Shown here: positions 26,445 to 35,863 of the stretch, in pieces
How the letters are laid out: each line of letters starts with the position of its first letter
Position numbering within the stretch: the stretch's first letter is position 1
Source of the DNA: an uncultured Gammaproteobacteria bacterium
GTDB lineage: Bacteria > Patescibacteriota > Patescibacteriia > UBA9934
Assembly (NCBI GenBank): GCA_964552565.1
Contig: CAZKGL010000001.1
Span: 754,406 to 818,405, forward strand
DNA length: 64,000 nt
Reading direction: 5' to 3'
Program-made: the position numbers and the translations under genes
The notes under the pieces: model-generated
Told to the model about the DNA's origin: nothing
Databases searched by the model: none
What the model saw: the letters and a program-made list of their open reading frames with translations, nothing else

Positions 26445-28370
26445 ATGCAACTTTTTTCCCGGTTGCGTGATTTCCTCCGCCGCGTCTTTGCGCGTGGCGG
26501 CGCTTCGCGCTCCCCGCTCCACCTGGCGCAACGCCAAGTCATGACGGTGCGCGGCAGCCGCGCCATCCCGAGCCTTGCGCAGTGGCGCGAACTCCCCCGC
26601 TATCTTTCGCAGGGCGAGAAGCGCATCTTTACGGTCGCCATCGCCGGCATCCTCCTTGCAGGCGGCCTCCTCACCTTCCGGTTCATCGCTTCCCACCAGA
26701 CCACGGTCCCCGCGGTCGGGGGCAGCTACACCGAAGGGCTCATTGGCACGCCGCAATTCCTGAACCCGCTCTACGCCGTGGCGAGCGACACGGACACCGA
26801 CCTCACGCGCCTCGTCTTCAGTGGTCTCATGCGCTTCGACCCGGCGGCCGGCCTCACGACCGACCTTGCCGAGTCCTATACCGTCTCGGACGACCAGAAA
26901 ACGTACACGTTCACCCTCCGCCCGGAGGTGACATGGCACGACGGCGCGAGCGTGACGGCAGAGGACGTCGTCTACACCATTTCCGCCATCCAAAACCCGG
27001 ACTACCGCAGCCCTCTGTCGGTGAGTTTTTCCGGTGTCGCGGTCCAGGCGGTCGACGAGCGCACGGTCGCGTTCTCGCTCGCCGAGCCGTTCGCCCCGTT
27101 TTTGTCGACACTGACGGTCGGCATCATCCCGTCCCACATCTGGCAGGAGATCCCGCCGTCTTCGGCGCCGCTCGCCCGCCGCAATATTGACGACGTCGTC
27201 GGCTCGGGCCCCTACATGCTGGAAAAGACCTCGCTCGACCAAAAAGGCACCATCCGCAGCATGACGTTCGTCCGCAACCCGGACTTTTCCCGCGGCGCGC
27301 CGTACATCGAGGAGCTGACGTTCAAGTTCTACAACGACGCGGACGCGCTTGCAGAAGCCCTGAAAAACCGCAACGTGGAAGGCGCGGGCTTCGTGCCGTT
27401 CGCAACCGCGGGCGAGCTCTCCGACGACCGTCTGCAGGAGGTCCTCCCGAGCCTCTCGCAATACACCGCGGCGTTCCTGAACGACGCGCACACGAGCATC
27501 CTCCAGGACGACAAGGTGCGCCAGGCGCTCGCGCTCGCCACGGACCGCGACGCGCTCATCGCCAACGCCCTTGCCGGCAACGGCAGCGCCATCACCTCGC
27601 CCATTCTCCCGTCCATGCCCGGTTACGACGCGGCAATTGGCGCGAGCACGTACGACCTCGCCGGCGCCATCACGCTTCTTGAGAGCGCAGGGTGGACGCT
27701 CGCCGAAGGCGCGGCAATCCGCACGAAGGGCGAAAGCGCGCTCGCTTTCACCATGACCACGGTCGACACGCCCGAGCTGACCGGCGTCGCCACGGCGCTG
27801 CGCGAACAGTGGGCGCTCGCCGGCATCGAGCTCACCATCGTCGCGGTCGACCAGACGACGCTGCACAACGATGTCCTCAAGAACCGCAACTACGACATCC
27901 TCCTCACCGGCGAGCTGTACGGCGCCGACCAGGATCCGTACCCGTTCTGGCACTCGTCGCAGGTCGCCTACCCCGGCCTGAACGTCGCCCAGTTCGCGAG
28001 CCGCAAAGCGGACGATGCCATCGAGGCGGCGCGCAAGACGAACGACGCGACGGTCCGCGCAGAGTCCTACACGACGCTCGCGACGATCATCGCGGAAGAA
28101 TACCCGGCCGTGTTCCTCTACCAGCCGCGCTACACCTACCTCACGACGACGCGCATCAAGGGGATCGACCTTCCGACCATGACCGTCCCCGCGGACCGCT
28201 TCGCCAATGTGGAAACGTGGTACATCAAGACGAGGAGCGTGCTCCTGGGCGGCGGGGAGCCCGCGGAGGAAGAAGCGGTCACGGACGCGCCGGTGGACAC
28301 AACCGAGACACCGGCCGAAACCCCTACAGAAACCACCGAAACCCCGACGGAGACGGCCCCGGCGAATTGA
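26445..28370 (+). CDS. ABC transporter substrate-binding protein, family 5 (oligopeptide/dipeptide OppA/DppA-like), with a Thr/Glu/Pro-rich C-terminal tail.
   Basis: SBP_bac_5 hallmarks (…YTEGLIGTPQFLNPLYA…, …TFTLRPEVTWHDG…). N-terminal TM/signal. Ends ...TETPAETPTETTETPTETAPAN. Confidence 0.8.
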   Translation: MQLFSRLRDFLRRVFARGGASRSPLHLAQRQVMTVRGSRAIPSLAQWRELPRYLSQGEKRIFTVAIAGILLAGGLLTFRFIASHQTTVPAVGGSYTEGLIGTPQFLNPLYAVASDTDTDLTRLVFSGLMRFDPAAGLTTDLAESYTVSDDQKTYTFTLRPEVTWHDGASVTAEDVVYTISAIQNPDYRSPLSVSFSGVAVQAVDERTVAFSLAEPFAPFLSTLTVGIIPSHIWQEIPPSSAPLARRNIDDVVGSGPYMLEKTSLDQKGTIRSMTFVRNPDFSRGAPYIEELTFKFYNDADALAEALKNRNVEGAGFVPFATAGELSDDRLQEVLPSLSQYTAAFLNDAHTSILQDDKVRQALALATDRDALIANALAGNGSAITSPILPSMPGYDAAIGASTYDLAGAITLLESAGWTLAEGAAIRTKGESALAFTMTTVDTPELTGVATALREQWALAGIELTIVAVDQTTLHNDVLKNRNYDILLTGELYGADQDPYPFWHSSQVAYPGLNVAQFASRKADDAIEAARKTNDATVRAESYTTLATIIAEEYPAVFLYQPRYTYLTTTRIKGIDLPTMTVPADRFANVETWYIKTRSVLLGGGEPAEEEAVTDAPVDTTETPAETPTETTETPTETAPAN

Positions 28371-28440
28371 CGCCCGGGCCGGAAAATGGTAGGTTGTTAT
28401 CTTAATGGATGCTGGCAGCCCGAGGGCTTGCCGAGCACGA

Positions 28441-28556
28441 CCGCATAAAATTTTCATATGCAAGGCGCGGGGCAGCGAGCCGCCGAGGCGACCTGTTTCC
28501 GGTCGGTGAGGCGGTCGCGGGGTCCCCGCAACACCGCAGATGGAAATTTTATGTGG
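28441..28556. other. Roughly 115-bp long imperfect hairpin directly upstream of tRNA-Leu (cataaaattttcatatg ... cagatggaaattttatg outer arms; GC-rich inner helices). Possibly a small RNA or processing element.
   Basis: Outer 10-bp inverted repeat plus inner gcgcgggg/ccccgc and cgacc-tgtttcc-ggtcg helices. No ORF. Confidence 0.35.
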
Positions 28557-28560
28557 TCGG

Positions 28561-28647
28561 GCGGATGTGGCGGAATTGGTATACGCGCAGGTCTCAGAAG
28601 CCTGTGCCTTCACCGGCTTGAGGGTTCGAGTCCCTCCATCCGCACCA
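28561..28647 (+). tRNA. tRNA-Leu (anticodon CAG), type II with long variable arm, CCA encoded.
   Basis: GCGGATGTGGCGGAATTGGTATACGCGCAGGTCTCAGAAGCCTGTGCCTTCACCGGCTTGAGGGTTCGAGTCCCTCCATCCGCACCA. Acceptor GCGGATG/CATCCGC, anticodon loop CTCAGAA. Confidence 0.85.
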
Positions 28648-28897
28648 CCGAGCTGAGCTCGGTTGTCGATATTACGGCCAACGCTGAGCGTTGGCTGACG
28701 ACAACACCGTGCTCAGCTCAGCGAGGGCAGACCCGCTCAGCGGGTCCAGAAGAAACTGGCGCTCGATTCACCTCGATGCATTCGAGATGAGCCGACTGTC
28801 AGTTTCATCGGAGTCTTTTGCACAAGATTCCAGGAGTCACATATTTTTCGATATCCGTGACTCACGAATTTAAGAAGTAACACGACAGTACATTCCT

Positions 28898-30817
28898 ATG
28901 GGTAACTTTAAACCCCGGTCGTTCCGCCCCGGTCGCGCTGAGCGCGACCCGAGTCGCGCATCACGCGACGGACAAGGCGGCGATCGCAACCAGGGCGGCC
29001 AGCCCGGCCAACAGCGCCAGGGCGGTCGTCCGTTCCGCCGCGACCGTCGTGGCGGCGGCCATCCGCCGGGCCCGCGCGGCATCGGCGAAGGCGCGCTCAA
29101 AGCGCACGAAGGCATGCTGAGCACCCGCACGTTTACCGGACCGACCGGCGACCGCGTGCGCGTCATCGTGCTCGGCGGCCTGGAAGAAGTCGGCCGCAAC
29201 TGCACGCTCATCGAATACAAGGATGACATCATCCTCGTTGACATGGGCCTCCAGTTCCCTGACGAAGACATGCCGGGCGTCGACTACATCATCCCGAACA
29301 TGTCCTACTTGAAGGGCAAGGAGAAGAACGTGCGCGGCGTCATCATTACGCACGGCCACTACGACCATATCGGCGCCATCCCGCACGTCATCCCGCACAT
29401 CGGGAACCCGGTCGTCTACGCGCTGCCGATCGCCGCGGGCATCATCAAGAAGCGCCAGACCGACTTCCCGACGAGCAAGGTCAACGTGAAGACGATCACC
29501 ATCGACACCGAGCTCCAGCTCGGCGCGTTCAAGGTGCACTTCTTCCATATCAACCACAACATCCCGGACTCCGCGGGTATCGTCATCGAGACCCCGGCCG
29601 GCACCATCTGCCACACCGGCGACTGGAAGTTCGACTACCATCCCGTCGGCGCCCCGCCGGCCGACTTCCATAAGATCGCGAAGGTCGGCATGGACGGCGT
29701 CACGCTCCTCATGGGCGACTCGACGAACGCGAGCCACGCCGGACACCAGACCTCCGAGGCGGTGATCGGCGAGGAGATCCGCACCATCCTCGAGAAGGCC
29801 AAGGGCCGCGTCATCGTCGGTACCTTCGCCTCGCTCCTCTCGCGCGTAAAGCAAATCATGGAAATCTCCGAGTCGCTCGGCCGCAAGGTCGCGCTCGAGG
29901 GCTACTCCATGAAGACGAACACGGAAATTGCGCGCGAGCTCGGGTTCATCAAGATCAACCCGAAGTCCATCATTCCGATTGAAAAAGTGAACGACTACCC
30001 GCCGGAAAAGATCACCATCATCTGCACCGGCGCCCAGGGCGAACAGCGCGCCGCGCTGTCGCGCATCGCGAACGACGAGCACCGCTTCGTCCGCATCGAA
30101 CGCGGCGACACCGTCATCTTCTCGAGCTCGGTCATCCCGGGCAACGAGGCCTCGGTGCAGCGCCTGAAGGACACCTTCTACCGCAAGCGCGCGAAGGTCA
30201 TCCACAAGGACATTATGGACGTCCACGCCGGCGGCCACGCGAAGAAAGAGGACATCAAGCTTATGCTGTCCCTCTTCAAGCCGAAGTACTACATGCCGAT
30301 CGAAGGCAACCACTTCCTCCTGCGTGAAAACGCCGAAGTGGCGTACAGCATGGGCTGGAGCGAGGAAAACGTCTTCGTCGCCGACAACGGGCAGATCATT
30401 GAGTTCTGGAAACAGGGCGCTGCATCGCACGGCGTCATGACGAAGGACAAGGTCCCTGCGGACTACGTCTTCGTCGACGGCCTCGGCGTCGGCGATATCT
30501 CCCAGGTTGTGCTCCGCGACCGCCAGGCGCTCGCCGAAGACGGCATGGTCGTCGTCATCGTCCAGGTCGAAAAGAAGACCGGGCAGATGTCGGCACCGCC
30601 GGACATCGTGAGCCGCGGGTTCATCCACATGAAGGAAAACCGCGACCTCATCGCCGAAGCGCGGACGCTCATCGAAAAGTCGCTGCGTGACTCGGACCCG
30701 AACTCGCCGGCCGACCCGGACGCCATCAAAGACGGCGTGCGTGAAGAACTCGGCAAGTTCATCTTCGAGAAAACCCAGCGCCGCCCGATGATCCTCCCGG
30801 TCCTCATCGAAGTGTAA
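28898..30817 (+). CDS. rnj: Ribonuclease J (metallo-beta-lactamase/beta-CASP), with an N-terminal Arg/Gly-rich extension.
   Basis: HGHYDHIGAIPHV, HTGDWKFD, beta-CASP and C-terminal domains. The N-terminal roughly 70 aa are RG/GG-rich. Confidence 0.9.
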   Translation: MGNFKPRSFRPGRAERDPSRASRDGQGGDRNQGGQPGQQRQGGRPFRRDRRGGGHPPGPRGIGEGALKAHEGMLSTRTFTGPTGDRVRVIVLGGLEEVGRNCTLIEYKDDIILVDMGLQFPDEDMPGVDYIIPNMSYLKGKEKNVRGVIITHGHYDHIGAIPHVIPHIGNPVVYALPIAAGIIKKRQTDFPTSKVNVKTITIDTELQLGAFKVHFFHINHNIPDSAGIVIETPAGTICHTGDWKFDYHPVGAPPADFHKIAKVGMDGVTLLMGDSTNASHAGHQTSEAVIGEEIRTILEKAKGRVIVGTFASLLSRVKQIMEISESLGRKVALEGYSMKTNTEIARELGFIKINPKSIIPIEKVNDYPPEKITIICTGAQGEQRAALSRIANDEHRFVRIERGDTVIFSSSVIPGNEASVQRLKDTFYRKRAKVIHKDIMDVHAGGHAKKEDIKLMLSLFKPKYYMPIEGNHFLLRENAEVAYSMGWSEENVFVADNGQIIEFWKQGAASHGVMTKDKVPADYVFVDGLGVGDISQVVLRDRQALAEDGMVVVIVQVEKKTGQMSAPPDIVSRGFIHMKENRDLIAEARTLIEKSLRDSDPNSPADPDAIKDGVREELGKFIFEKTQRRPMILPVLIEV

Positions 30818-30842
30818 TGCAAGGAGCCCCGCAAGGGGCTTT

Positions 30843-31862
30843 TTGCTATACTGCCGACATCTGATACGCTACATGCCTATGCGCGCGCTTACCGGCATCC
30901 AACCCACGAACGTCATGCACATCGGCAACTTGTTCGGTGCGCTGAAGCCTGCGGTGGAGCTCCAAAAAGAGACCGACCTCGTCATGATGATCGTCGACCT
31001 GCACGCCATCACCGTCCCCCAGGACCCGAAGGCGCTCAACGACAACATCCTCTTCCTCACCGCGGCATACCTCGCCGCCGGTATCGACCCGAAGAAGACC
31101 CTCCTCTTCCAGCAGTCCGCCGTTCCGCAACACGCGGAGCTTGCGTGGATCCTCCAGACCATCTGCCGCATGGGCGAGGCGGAACGCATGACGCAGTACA
31201 AGGACAAGGCGCTCGGCAAAGGCGAGAAGGTCTCTGTTGGGCTCTTCACCTACCCCATCCTCATGGCCGCGGACATTCTCCTGTATGACACGGAGGTCGT
31301 TCCGGTCGGCGAGGACCAAAAGCAACACGTGGAGCTTGCGCGTGACTTGGCCGAACGCTTCAACCGCGACTTCGGCGAGACGTTTGTCGTCCCCCGGCCG
31401 CAAATCCGTGCCGCCGGCGCACGCATCAAATCGCTGCTTGAACCGGAAAAAAAGATGAGCAAGAGCGCCGCGAACGCAAAGAGCTACATCTCCCTCCTCG
31501 ACGATGCCGACGTCATCCGCAAAAAAATCATGAGCGCGGTGACGGACAGCGACCCGCATATCACGGTCGACGACGCCCGCCCGGGGCTCAAAAACCTCCT
31601 CACCATCTCCCACCTCGTCACCGGGGAGCCGATGGTCGACATCGCCGCCCGCTATGCCGACAAGGGGGCGAAATACCTCAAAGAAGACCTTGCGGAGGCC
31701 CTTGTCCTGTACCTGACCCCGCTCCAGGCCGAAATCCAGGGTTACCTGGCAAATCCCCTCGCCCTTATCGACATGTTGCGCGCCGGGGACGAGCGGGCGC
31801 GGAACATTGCCGAAACAAAGATGCGGCTTGTGAAACAGCGGATGGGAATGTTGCTAAAATAA
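30843..31862 (+). CDS. trpS: Tryptophanyl-tRNA synthetase.
   Basis: GIQPTNVMHIGNLFGAL (HIGH-like), KKMSKSAAN (KMSKS), and the GEDQKQHVELARDLA motif. Start possibly M at 30873. Confidence 0.9.
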   Translation: MLYCRHLIRYMPMRALTGIQPTNVMHIGNLFGALKPAVELQKETDLVMMIVDLHAITVPQDPKALNDNILFLTAAYLAAGIDPKKTLLFQQSAVPQHAELAWILQTICRMGEAERMTQYKDKALGKGEKVSVGLFTYPILMAADILLYDTEVVPVGEDQKQHVELARDLAERFNRDFGETFVVPRPQIRAAGARIKSLLEPEKKMSKSAANAKSYISLLDDADVIRKKIMSAVTDSDPHITVDDARPGLKNLLTISHLVTGEPMVDIAARYADKGAKYLKEDLAEALVLYLTPLQAEIQGYLANPLALIDMLRAGDERARNIAETKMRLVKQRMGMLLK

Positions 31863-31895
31863 GCGAAAAAATAGCAAAAATGGCTTGACAGAAGG

Positions 31896-31925
31896 GCCAT
31901 TTTTTGCTAGAGTAGAAGGCGTACA
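31896..31925 (+). promoter_or_regulatory. Strong sigma70-like promoter (TTGACA-N17-TAGAGT) at the left border of the accessory island, followed by a roughly 180-nt structured leader.
   Basis: ggcTTGACAgaagggccattttttgcTAGAGTag. The leader contains the ggccatgaaaag/cttttcatggcc 12-bp inverted repeat and a UUCG-capped hairpin. Confidence 0.45.
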
Positions 31926-32113
31926 CTGCTTCAAAACCAGAGGAGAGCGGGTGGGGTTACGAGACCCCCGCCTGTACGTAAAAGGCCATGAAAAGGCTTT
32001 TTGCAGAACCACCGTACCTTCGGGTATGGCGGCCTCCGCAGAAATACTTTTCATGGCCTTTTCTCTTCGGGGAGAAGCCGTGGTCCGTCCTCACCCCACA
32101 CGCAGAGGTTCCC

Positions 32114-32389
32114 ATGCGCACGCTGTTCTTCGTCCTCACCCACCCGAACGTCCTCGTCACCGAATTCAAGGTGATGTTCGACCGCACCGTGATCCTGAGC
32201 GCCCTCACCGGCGCCACGGCCACGAACGCCGCGGGTCTGGGGATGCTGCTCACCGGCGCCCCGGACCTCCCGATCTCGGCCTACTTCACGTCGGCTCCCC
32301 ACCTGATCTTCATCAGCCTCCTCGGCGCCGGCCTGGGCGCCTGGGCCCGGTGGGTCTGGCGAGGCGACTTCGACAAACCGCAGGGCTAG
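32114..32389 (+). CDS. Small integral membrane protein (91 aa).
   Basis: MRTLFFVLTHPNVLVTEFKVMFDRTVILSALTGATATNAAGLGMLLTGAPDLPISAYFTSAPHLIFISLLGAGLGAWARWVW... Real start inside the longer track ORF 31988..32389. Confidence 0.4.
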   Translation: MRTLFFVLTHPNVLVTEFKVMFDRTVILSALTGATATNAAGLGMLLTGAPDLPISAYFTSAPHLIFISLLGAGLGAWARWVWRGDFDKPQG

Positions 32390-32494
32390 CGCCGCTAGCC
32401 CGTCCGGTTCGCGAGGACCACACCACGCACGTCGTGGTCCTCGTCACCGGTCGATGCTGCAAGAGTCCACAACCACTCACCGGGGGTACGTACC

Positions 32495-32698
32495 ATGTCG
32501 ATTCAGAACCTCATCGCGCTTTTCATCTCCCTCATCATCACGCTCATCGGCTTCGCGTACACGAACGGCGCGGCCGAGGAGATCACGCTCTTCTACGCGT
32601 GGTTCGACGAGAACCACCTCACGTTCGTCCCGCTCGGCATCGGTTCCGCGTTCGGCATCGCCGTCCTCGGCGGCATCGGGCACATCACGACCGACTGA
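32495..32698 (+). CDS. Small integral membrane protein (67 aa).
   Basis: MSIQNLIALFISLIITLIGFAYTNGAAEEITLFYAWFDENHLTFVPLGIGSAFGIAVLGGIGHITTD; two hydrophobic helices. Confidence 0.4.
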   Translation: MSIQNLIALFISLIITLIGFAYTNGAAEEITLFYAWFDENHLTFVPLGIGSAFGIAVLGGIGHITTD

Positions 32699-32826
32699 GC
32701 ACGTGGGAGGATGGCACGCCATCCTCACCCACCGCATCGCGACGATTGATCTCCTCGATCGTCGCGAGCCGGAGGGCAAGCATCCCGCTTCCCCGAACTT
32801 CCGGGCAATCGCCCGAAGGAGACCCA

Positions 32827-33552
32827 ATGACCCTGTTCCTGCTCTTCGCCTGCCACGTCGACCGCACCACCGACCGCACCGCGGATGGCTACGGCTTCGA
32901 GGTGAGCGACCCGCGCACCGACTTCACCCCGCACGAACGGGAGGAGGACATCGGTGACACGGGCAACCCCACCCAGGACACCGACACGACGATCGAGACC
33001 GGCGACACCAGCGCGAGCACGAACTGCACGTTCGAGCTGGTCGCTTCGGGGAACGGGCGGATCGAGGTCAGCAACGAGCTGCAGTTCTCGCTCAGCTCGC
33101 TGTCCCCGTCCGGCTCCGGCGTCCCCAGCTACCAGGAGGTGTTCATCTTCAACATCGCCTCGCTCCACACGGAGTGCGGCGACGTGACGGCCGACACCGC
33201 GAGCCTCGAGATCTTCGCCAGCGACAACAACGGCGGCGAGACCCACTGGGCCGTCGGTGTCGAGGTCGCGATGGTCGACCTCACCGTCGACCCCACCGCG
33301 GCGATCATGACCGGCACCACGGACATGAACAGCACCGACAACATCTACGGTCCGCTCTCGGGCACCCTGACCGTCCCGGCCGGCGAGGCCCACACGTTCG
33401 CGGTCTACATGGACACGAACGGTGCCTCGGCGAGCCAGGACGACACGCTCAAGCTGAAGCTCCGCCGCTACATGCACATCGTGGACACGCCCGAGACCGC
33501 CGCCGCGGTCATGATGGATGAAGAGATCGAGGGCGGCACCCTCACCTTCTAG
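32827..33552 (+). CDS. Lipoprotein (lipobox LLFAC), paralog family member 1, acidic Thr/Asp-rich.
   Basis: MTLFLLFAC signal with Cys at +9. RBS aaggagacccaATG. Preceded by the conserved leader module (…gagccggagggcaagcatcccgcttcccc…). Only this C-terminal part of track ORF 31885..33552 is credible. Confidence 0.6.
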   Translation: MTLFLLFACHVDRTTDRTADGYGFEVSDPRTDFTPHEREEDIGDTGNPTQDTDTTIETGDTSASTNCTFELVASGNGRIEVSNELQFSLSSLSPSGSGVPSYQEVFIFNIASLHTECGDVTADTASLEIFASDNNGGETHWAVGVEVAMVDLTVDPTAAIMTGTTDMNSTDNIYGPLSGTLTVPAGEAHTFAVYMDTNGASASQDDTLKLKLRRYMHIVDTPETAAAVMMDEEIEGGTLTF

Positions 33553-33695
33553 CCCGGAGCTGCCGGCAACGGCAACTCCACCAGGGCTCGACCTGCGAGA
33601 ACGCTCGCAGGCCTCCGCATCGTCATCATCCGCCGATGGTGACGAGCCGGAGGGCAAGCATCCCGCTTCCCCAAGCCCTTTCACGGAGGACCGCC

Positions 33696-34205
33696 ATGAA
33701 GCGCGTCATCGAGATCCCCGCCGTCAAGATGCCATTCCTCAAGCTCACCTTCGACGACATCTGCGTTGAAGGAACGATCGACGGCTGGTACATCGACATC
33801 GGCGGCGACGCCGCGACGATGTTCGCCAGCTTCAAGCAATACCACGGGATCCGCATCGGCAACAAGCCGACCCCCGCGCTCGCGTCGATCCTCGAGGCCT
33901 TCCGCCTCGCCGGCCGTCCCGTGCTCAGCTACACCCTGTACACGAGCAGCCGGCCGGTGTGCGCGACGCACGCGATCCGCGACGGCTGCCTGTACAAGCC
34001 CACCGATGACTGGAGCGTGCCCGGCGGCGTGTTCGGCGAGATCTCCCCCGCCGATCCCATCGAGCAGATCGCGCCGATCGACCCCCGGTACCGCCAGGAG
34101 TACGACGATCGAGTCGCGCTCCGGGACGGCACGAATCCCGAACTCGCCGCAGAGATGGCGAAGTTCATGGCCTGGGCGAACAACGGCGCGGACGACCTCA
34201 CCTAG
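33696..34205 (+). CDS. Hypothetical cytoplasmic protein (170 aa) in a cassette-like position.
   Basis: MKRVIEIPAVKMPFLKLTFDDICVEGTIDGWYIDIGGD... RBS ggaggaccgccATG. Preceded by the same conserved leader module as the lipoprotein genes. Confidence 0.5.
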   Translation: MKRVIEIPAVKMPFLKLTFDDICVEGTIDGWYIDIGGDAATMFASFKQYHGIRIGNKPTPALASILEAFRLAGRPVLSYTLYTSSRPVCATHAIRDGCLYKPTDDWSVPGGVFGEISPADPIEQIAPIDPRYRQEYDDRVALRDGTNPELAAEMAKFMAWANNGADDLT

Positions 34206-34378
34206 CCCCGGAGCTGCCGGCAACGGCAACTCCACCAGGGCTCGACCTGCGAGATTCGCTCGCGGGCCCCGCAATCCGCATCATCCGAGACTAAGTCTAG
34301 ACTAAGTCTCGGTCCGATGGTGCCGAGTGCGGGGAACCAACCGGTTCGCACCATCCACTAAAGACCAGGAGGCCACCC

Positions 34379-34804
34379 ATGGCCTGGCAAAAGTTCAACC
34401 CCACGACTCCGCCCAAGGGCGTCATCGTGAAGGGCGACCCCGACGCGCCGCCCACACGGTGGTACAACCACCTGTGGCTCGTCCTGTTCGGATGGAAGAC
34501 CCAGGCGCTCTTCGTAGTCCACACGGACGACAAGCCCTTCCGGATCGGCTTCCGCAATCACAAGGGCGACCAGTACCTGAACAGCACGGTCTTCTCCGGC
34601 CGCCGCCTCCACGAGGTGACGTTCCTGCCGGACGGCACGCCCAAGTTCCACTGGCCCGCCTTCCGCGCGAAGATCGGCCACGAGGCCTGCACCTTCTTCG
34701 CCATCGGACTCGACGGCAAGGAGATCAAGATCGAGCACCTCCACTCCGGTGAGGGCGACTTCTACATCGAGATCTACGACCCCCACCAGTGCCCGCTCCT
34801 CTAG
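34379..34804 (+). CDS. Hypothetical protein (141 aa) in a cassette-like position.
   Basis: MAWQKFNPTTPPKGVIVKGDPDAPPTRWYNHLWLVLFGWK... RBS ccaggaggccacccATG. Conserved upstream module with a variable palindrome (gagactaagtctagactaagtctc). Confidence 0.5.
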   Translation: MAWQKFNPTTPPKGVIVKGDPDAPPTRWYNHLWLVLFGWKTQALFVVHTDDKPFRIGFRNHKGDQYLNSTVFSGRRLHEVTFLPDGTPKFHWPAFRAKIGHEACTFFAIGLDGKEIKIEHLHSGEGDFYIEIYDPHQCPLL

Positions 34805-34952
34805 AGCACAGGCAACGGCGAGCAGCGCATTCTTCGTCCGCGCTGCTCGACCCCCGCATCGTCACTATCTGATCTCCTCGGATAGCGACGAGCCGGGGGA
34901 AATGCCACAGTGGCAAAGTACCGACAACCACCTCCCAACCCCGGAGCTTCCG

Positions 34953-35681
34953 ATGACCCTGATCCTGCTCTTCGCCTGCAACACCCCCGCCCCCGAGAAG
35001 CCCGACGACACCGCCGGGCACAACCTCGAGGACAGCGGCGGCATCACGGACACCGGCACGATGACCACGGATGACACGGCTACCGACCCGTGCGCCTACA
35101 GCGTGACGGTCTGGGACATCGACCGCGAGGATGGCGAGCCGTACCCAGAGTCGGTGGAGGACGAGATGACGATGGAGAACGAGCTCATCGCGACGCGCGC
35201 CGAGTCCTCGCCCGAGGGCACGGTCGCGCCGAGCGAGGAGCTCACCATCGCGCACATCGCCTTCACGGCCCCGCACGCCGACTGCCCGAACGACGTCCTG
35301 GAGCACTTCCAGTTCCAAGTGTCGGGCATGGACTACCAGCACGTGCAGTGGGAGGAAGCCATCCGCGAGGACGGCGTCACCTTCCGCACCCTCGAGGACA
35401 ACGCCCTCATCGCCACGACCGCCGACGGCGTGTTCTACGGCGACGGGAGCGAGGACCCCGACTGGCACACCTGGTACTCGTCGCTGCCGCAGGACGTCGG
35501 CATCGATGCGGGCACGACGACGACCGTCGCCGTGTCGATCAATGCCTCGGGCGCCCAGCCCGGCGACACCGTCTACTTCCGGCTCTCGCCGGACAGCATG
35601 ATCTACTCGGTCGCGGGCAACGCCCAAGAGGCGGAGCTCCGGCACGAGGCGGTCGCCGGCAACACGCTCACGTTCGAGTAA
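34953..35681 (+). CDS. Lipoprotein (lipobox LLFAC), paralog family member 2.
   Basis: MTLILLFACNTPAPEKPDD...; same leader module with a 60-nt block shared with the next paralog (ggggaaatgccacagtggcaaagtaccgac...). Confidence 0.6.
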   Translation: MTLILLFACNTPAPEKPDDTAGHNLEDSGGITDTGTMTTDDTATDPCAYSVTVWDIDREDGEPYPESVEDEMTMENELIATRAESSPEGTVAPSEELTIAHIAFTAPHADCPNDVLEHFQFQVSGMDYQHVQWEEAIREDGVTFRTLEDNALIATTADGVFYGDGSEDPDWHTWYSSLPQDVGIDAGTTTTVAVSINASGAQPGDTVYFRLSPDSMIYSVAGNAQEAELRHEAVAGNTLTFE

Positions 35682-35863
35682 CGTCACTCCTTCTCGGCCG
35701 GCACCTCCCCTCGTGGAAAGGTGCCGGACCCCGCAATCTGCATCACTGTCGAGGCTTAGGCTCGAAGCTAAGCCTCGACAAGACCGTCCACAGTGGTGCC
35801 GAGTGCGGGGAAATGCCACAGTGGCAAAGTACCGACCATCACCTCCCAACCCCGGAGTTTCCG

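Noticed and set aside
28441-28556. SRP (4.5S) RNA candidate upstream of tRNA-Leu (CUGUUUCCGGUCGG resembles CUGUUUACCAGGUCAGG).
   Set aside because: The conserved domain IV core GGAA…AGCAGC is absent on both strands. The similarity is limited to one hairpin.
26124-28613. 1078-aa - strand ORF 25377..28613 as one giant gene.
   Set aside because: Only the last 249 codons (the DsbA-like protein) are real. The remainder is the antisense shadow of the + strand substrate-binding protein gene and has an Arg/Asp/Glu-rich nonsense composition.
31885-32826. N-terminal two-thirds of the 555-aa + ORF 31885..33552.
   Set aside because: The translation is His/Arg/Pro-rich junk overlapping two small membrane-protein genes in other frames. 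Only the C-terminal lipoprotein segment starting MTLFLLFAC (32827) has an RBS and lipobox.
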